From NCBI GenBank assembly GCA_005879585.1, contig VBKG01000327.1:11932-75931 (forward strand): 64,000 nucleotides of DNA. Reading direction: 5' to 3'. Position 1 is the stretch's first letter. Each line of letters starts with the position of its first letter. The notes under the pieces were generated by a model, which saw only the letters and a list, made by a program, of their open reading frames with translations, was not told the origin of the DNA and ran no database searches. Positions 62,663-64,000 of this stretch are shown here, piece after piece. Both the position numbers and the translations under genes were made by a program. This DNA comes from Deltaproteobacteria bacterium. Its GTDB lineage: Bacteria; Desulfobacterota; Binatia; DP-6.

Positions 62663-63721
62663 TCAGGCGCCGGGCGCGGCGTCGGCGCGCACCACGACCG
62701 GCGTGCCGTCGGCGAGCTTGGAGAGCCCGCTCGTCACCACCTGCACGCCGCGTGCGACTCCTTCCGCGATCTCGACCCACCCGTCGCCGAGGTCGACGCC
62801 GAGCACGACCTGTCGCTCGTGCGCGACCCCCTCTTCGATGACGAACACCTTCGTGACGCCCGCGAACGTGCTGAGGGCACTCCGCGGCACGGCGAGCGCG
62901 CGGTCGTCGCGCCGCACGACGACCTCGCCGTGGCCGAAGAATCCCGGCCGCAGCCGATGGTCCTCGTTCGGCACCAGCGCCTCGAACGCGAGCGAACGGA
63001 CGGCCGGGTCCGAGGCGGCACCGATGCGGCTCACGTGGCCGACGAACGTCTCGCCCGGGAAGGCGTCGACGGTGATGCGCACGTCCTGACCGGCCGCGAG
63101 GATGGGCACGTCGCGCTCGGGCACGTCGCCGCGGAACTTCAGCGGGTCGTCCTGGACGAGCCGGAAGACCACCGTGCCCTGCTTCACGTACGAGCCTGCG
63201 TCGATCAGCCGTGCCGCGACGGAGCCGTCGAGGGGCGAGCGGATCGCCGCCCGCTCGAGCTGGATGCGCAGCTGGTCGCGACGCGCACGCGCCACCTCGA
63301 GTGCGGTCCGTACCTGCTCGTACTCCTGCGCCGAGATGACGCCGCCGCCACGCAGCGGCCGCCCGCGACCTTCATCGGCGGCCGCCTTCTCGAGGCTCGC
63401 CTCGGCCTCGCGCAGCTTCGCCTGGATCTCGTCCTCGCGCACCCGCGCGAGCACCTGGTCCCGGTGGACCCGGTCGCCGAGGTCGGCCTCGATGGCGACG
63501 AGCCGGCCCTCGATCTCGCTCGCGACCTCGGCCTGCGCCGTGGCCGCGAGCGTACCGACCACGGAGACGGTGCGCTCGACCGGTCGCACGGCGGTGTTGG
63601 CGACGGTAACGGTCACGGGCTGCGGCTTGGCTGCGGTCGACGGCTCGGCCCGCGACCGTTCGCCGCAGGCGGTTGCCGCGACGCCGAGCGCCGCGATCAG
63701 CGCGGCGGTGCGCCGGGTCAT
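62663..63721 (-). CDS. RND efflux periplasmic adaptor (MFP), probable lipoprotein
   Basis: Lipobox-like AATAC, IRSPLDG, LRPGFFG, AVPRSAL. Confidence 0.94.
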   Translation of the reverse strand: MTRRTAALIAALGVAATACGERSRAEPSTAAKPQPVTVTVANTAVRPVERTVSVVGTLAATAQAEVASEIEGRLVAIEADLGDRVHRDQVLARVREDEIQAKLREAEASLEKAAADEGRGRPLRGGGVISAQEYEQVRTALEVARARRDQLRIQLERAAIRSPLDGSVAARLIDAGSYVKQGTVVFRLVQDDPLKFRGDVPERDVPILAAGQDVRITVDAFPGETFVGHVSRIGAASDPAVRSLAFEALVPNEDHRLRPGFFGHGEVVVRRDDRALAVPRSALSTFAGVTKVFVIEEGVAHERQVVLGVDLGDGWVEIAEGVARGVQVVTSGLSKLADGTPVVVRADAAPGA

Positions 63722-64000
63722 CCCGCCATCCTCCGTCGCCGTGCCGGCAATTCGACCGCCCGCTCGAGACCGCGGAGATACAGCCGGACCACCCGGCGAG
63801 CGAAGATCTCCGGCCGCTCCTCGCCTCGGTGCTCCAGGATCGCGGCGCGGGCGAGGCCCAGCAGGAACGCGGCCGCGAGACCGCGCTGCGATGCGCGCGC
63901 GAGCCGGTGACGCGCGAGCACGCGCTCGATCGCCTGCCGGACGCGATGCCGGCGCTCGCGCGCCGCGCGCTCGTAGCGTTGCTCGTACCGCTGCACGAGG
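63718..64000 (-). CDS. C-terminal part of a gene coupled to the MFP (possibly a TetR-type regulator); 5' end outside window
   Basis: Open frame to the window edge, ATGA overlap with MFP start, helical C-terminus ...VVRLYLRGL; family is a guess from context. Confidence 0.5.
   Translation of the reverse strand, partial: LVQRYEQRYERAARERRHRVRQAIERVLARHRLARASQRGLAAAFLLGLARAAILEHRGEERPEIFARRVVRLYLRGLERAVELPARRRRMAG

Overview
GC-rich Gram-negative bacterial chromosome segment; protein sequences and gene order suggest a deltaproteobacterial-type lineage (inference only). 1-30.9 kb is one co-oriented minus-strand core cluster: tRNA-Thr/Tyr/Gly/Thr, rpmG, tRNA-Trp, secE, nusG, rplKAJL, rpoBC, the str, S10, spc and alpha operons, ending in a truncated rpoA. 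It is unusually compact and lacks the second tuf. 30.9-42.3 kb holds an rlmB-like methyltransferase, lptFG, argC, rpsI, rplM, tRNA-Asp/Val, hup, lon, clpX, clpP, tig and tRNA-Leu. 42.4-51 kb is an accessory minus-strand block: a membrane-anchored Ig-like/NTF2-like protein, MarR plus an atypical ClC-CBS, a 59-aa protein, DegP, a VOC protein, a 15-codon uORF, a carotenoid-oxygenase-family enzyme and TetR. 51-64 kb holds tamAB, pgl, thiD, an RRM protein, yqgE and an RND efflux operon. I saw no CRISPR array, transposase, integrase or rRNA. Best leads: (i) a 50-codon Met/Thr/Ile-rich ORF plus a G.A-rich hairpin element filling the rpoB-rpoC gap, with a second long hairpin element at 59.3 kb; (ii) a repeated promoter-to-start geometry implying widespread leaderless translation, including an apparent ATC start for lptF; (iii) a ClC with substituted selectivity and proton-coupling residues under a MarR operator; (iv) a duplicated tuf 3' end. 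All product calls come from manual motif recognition, not database searches.
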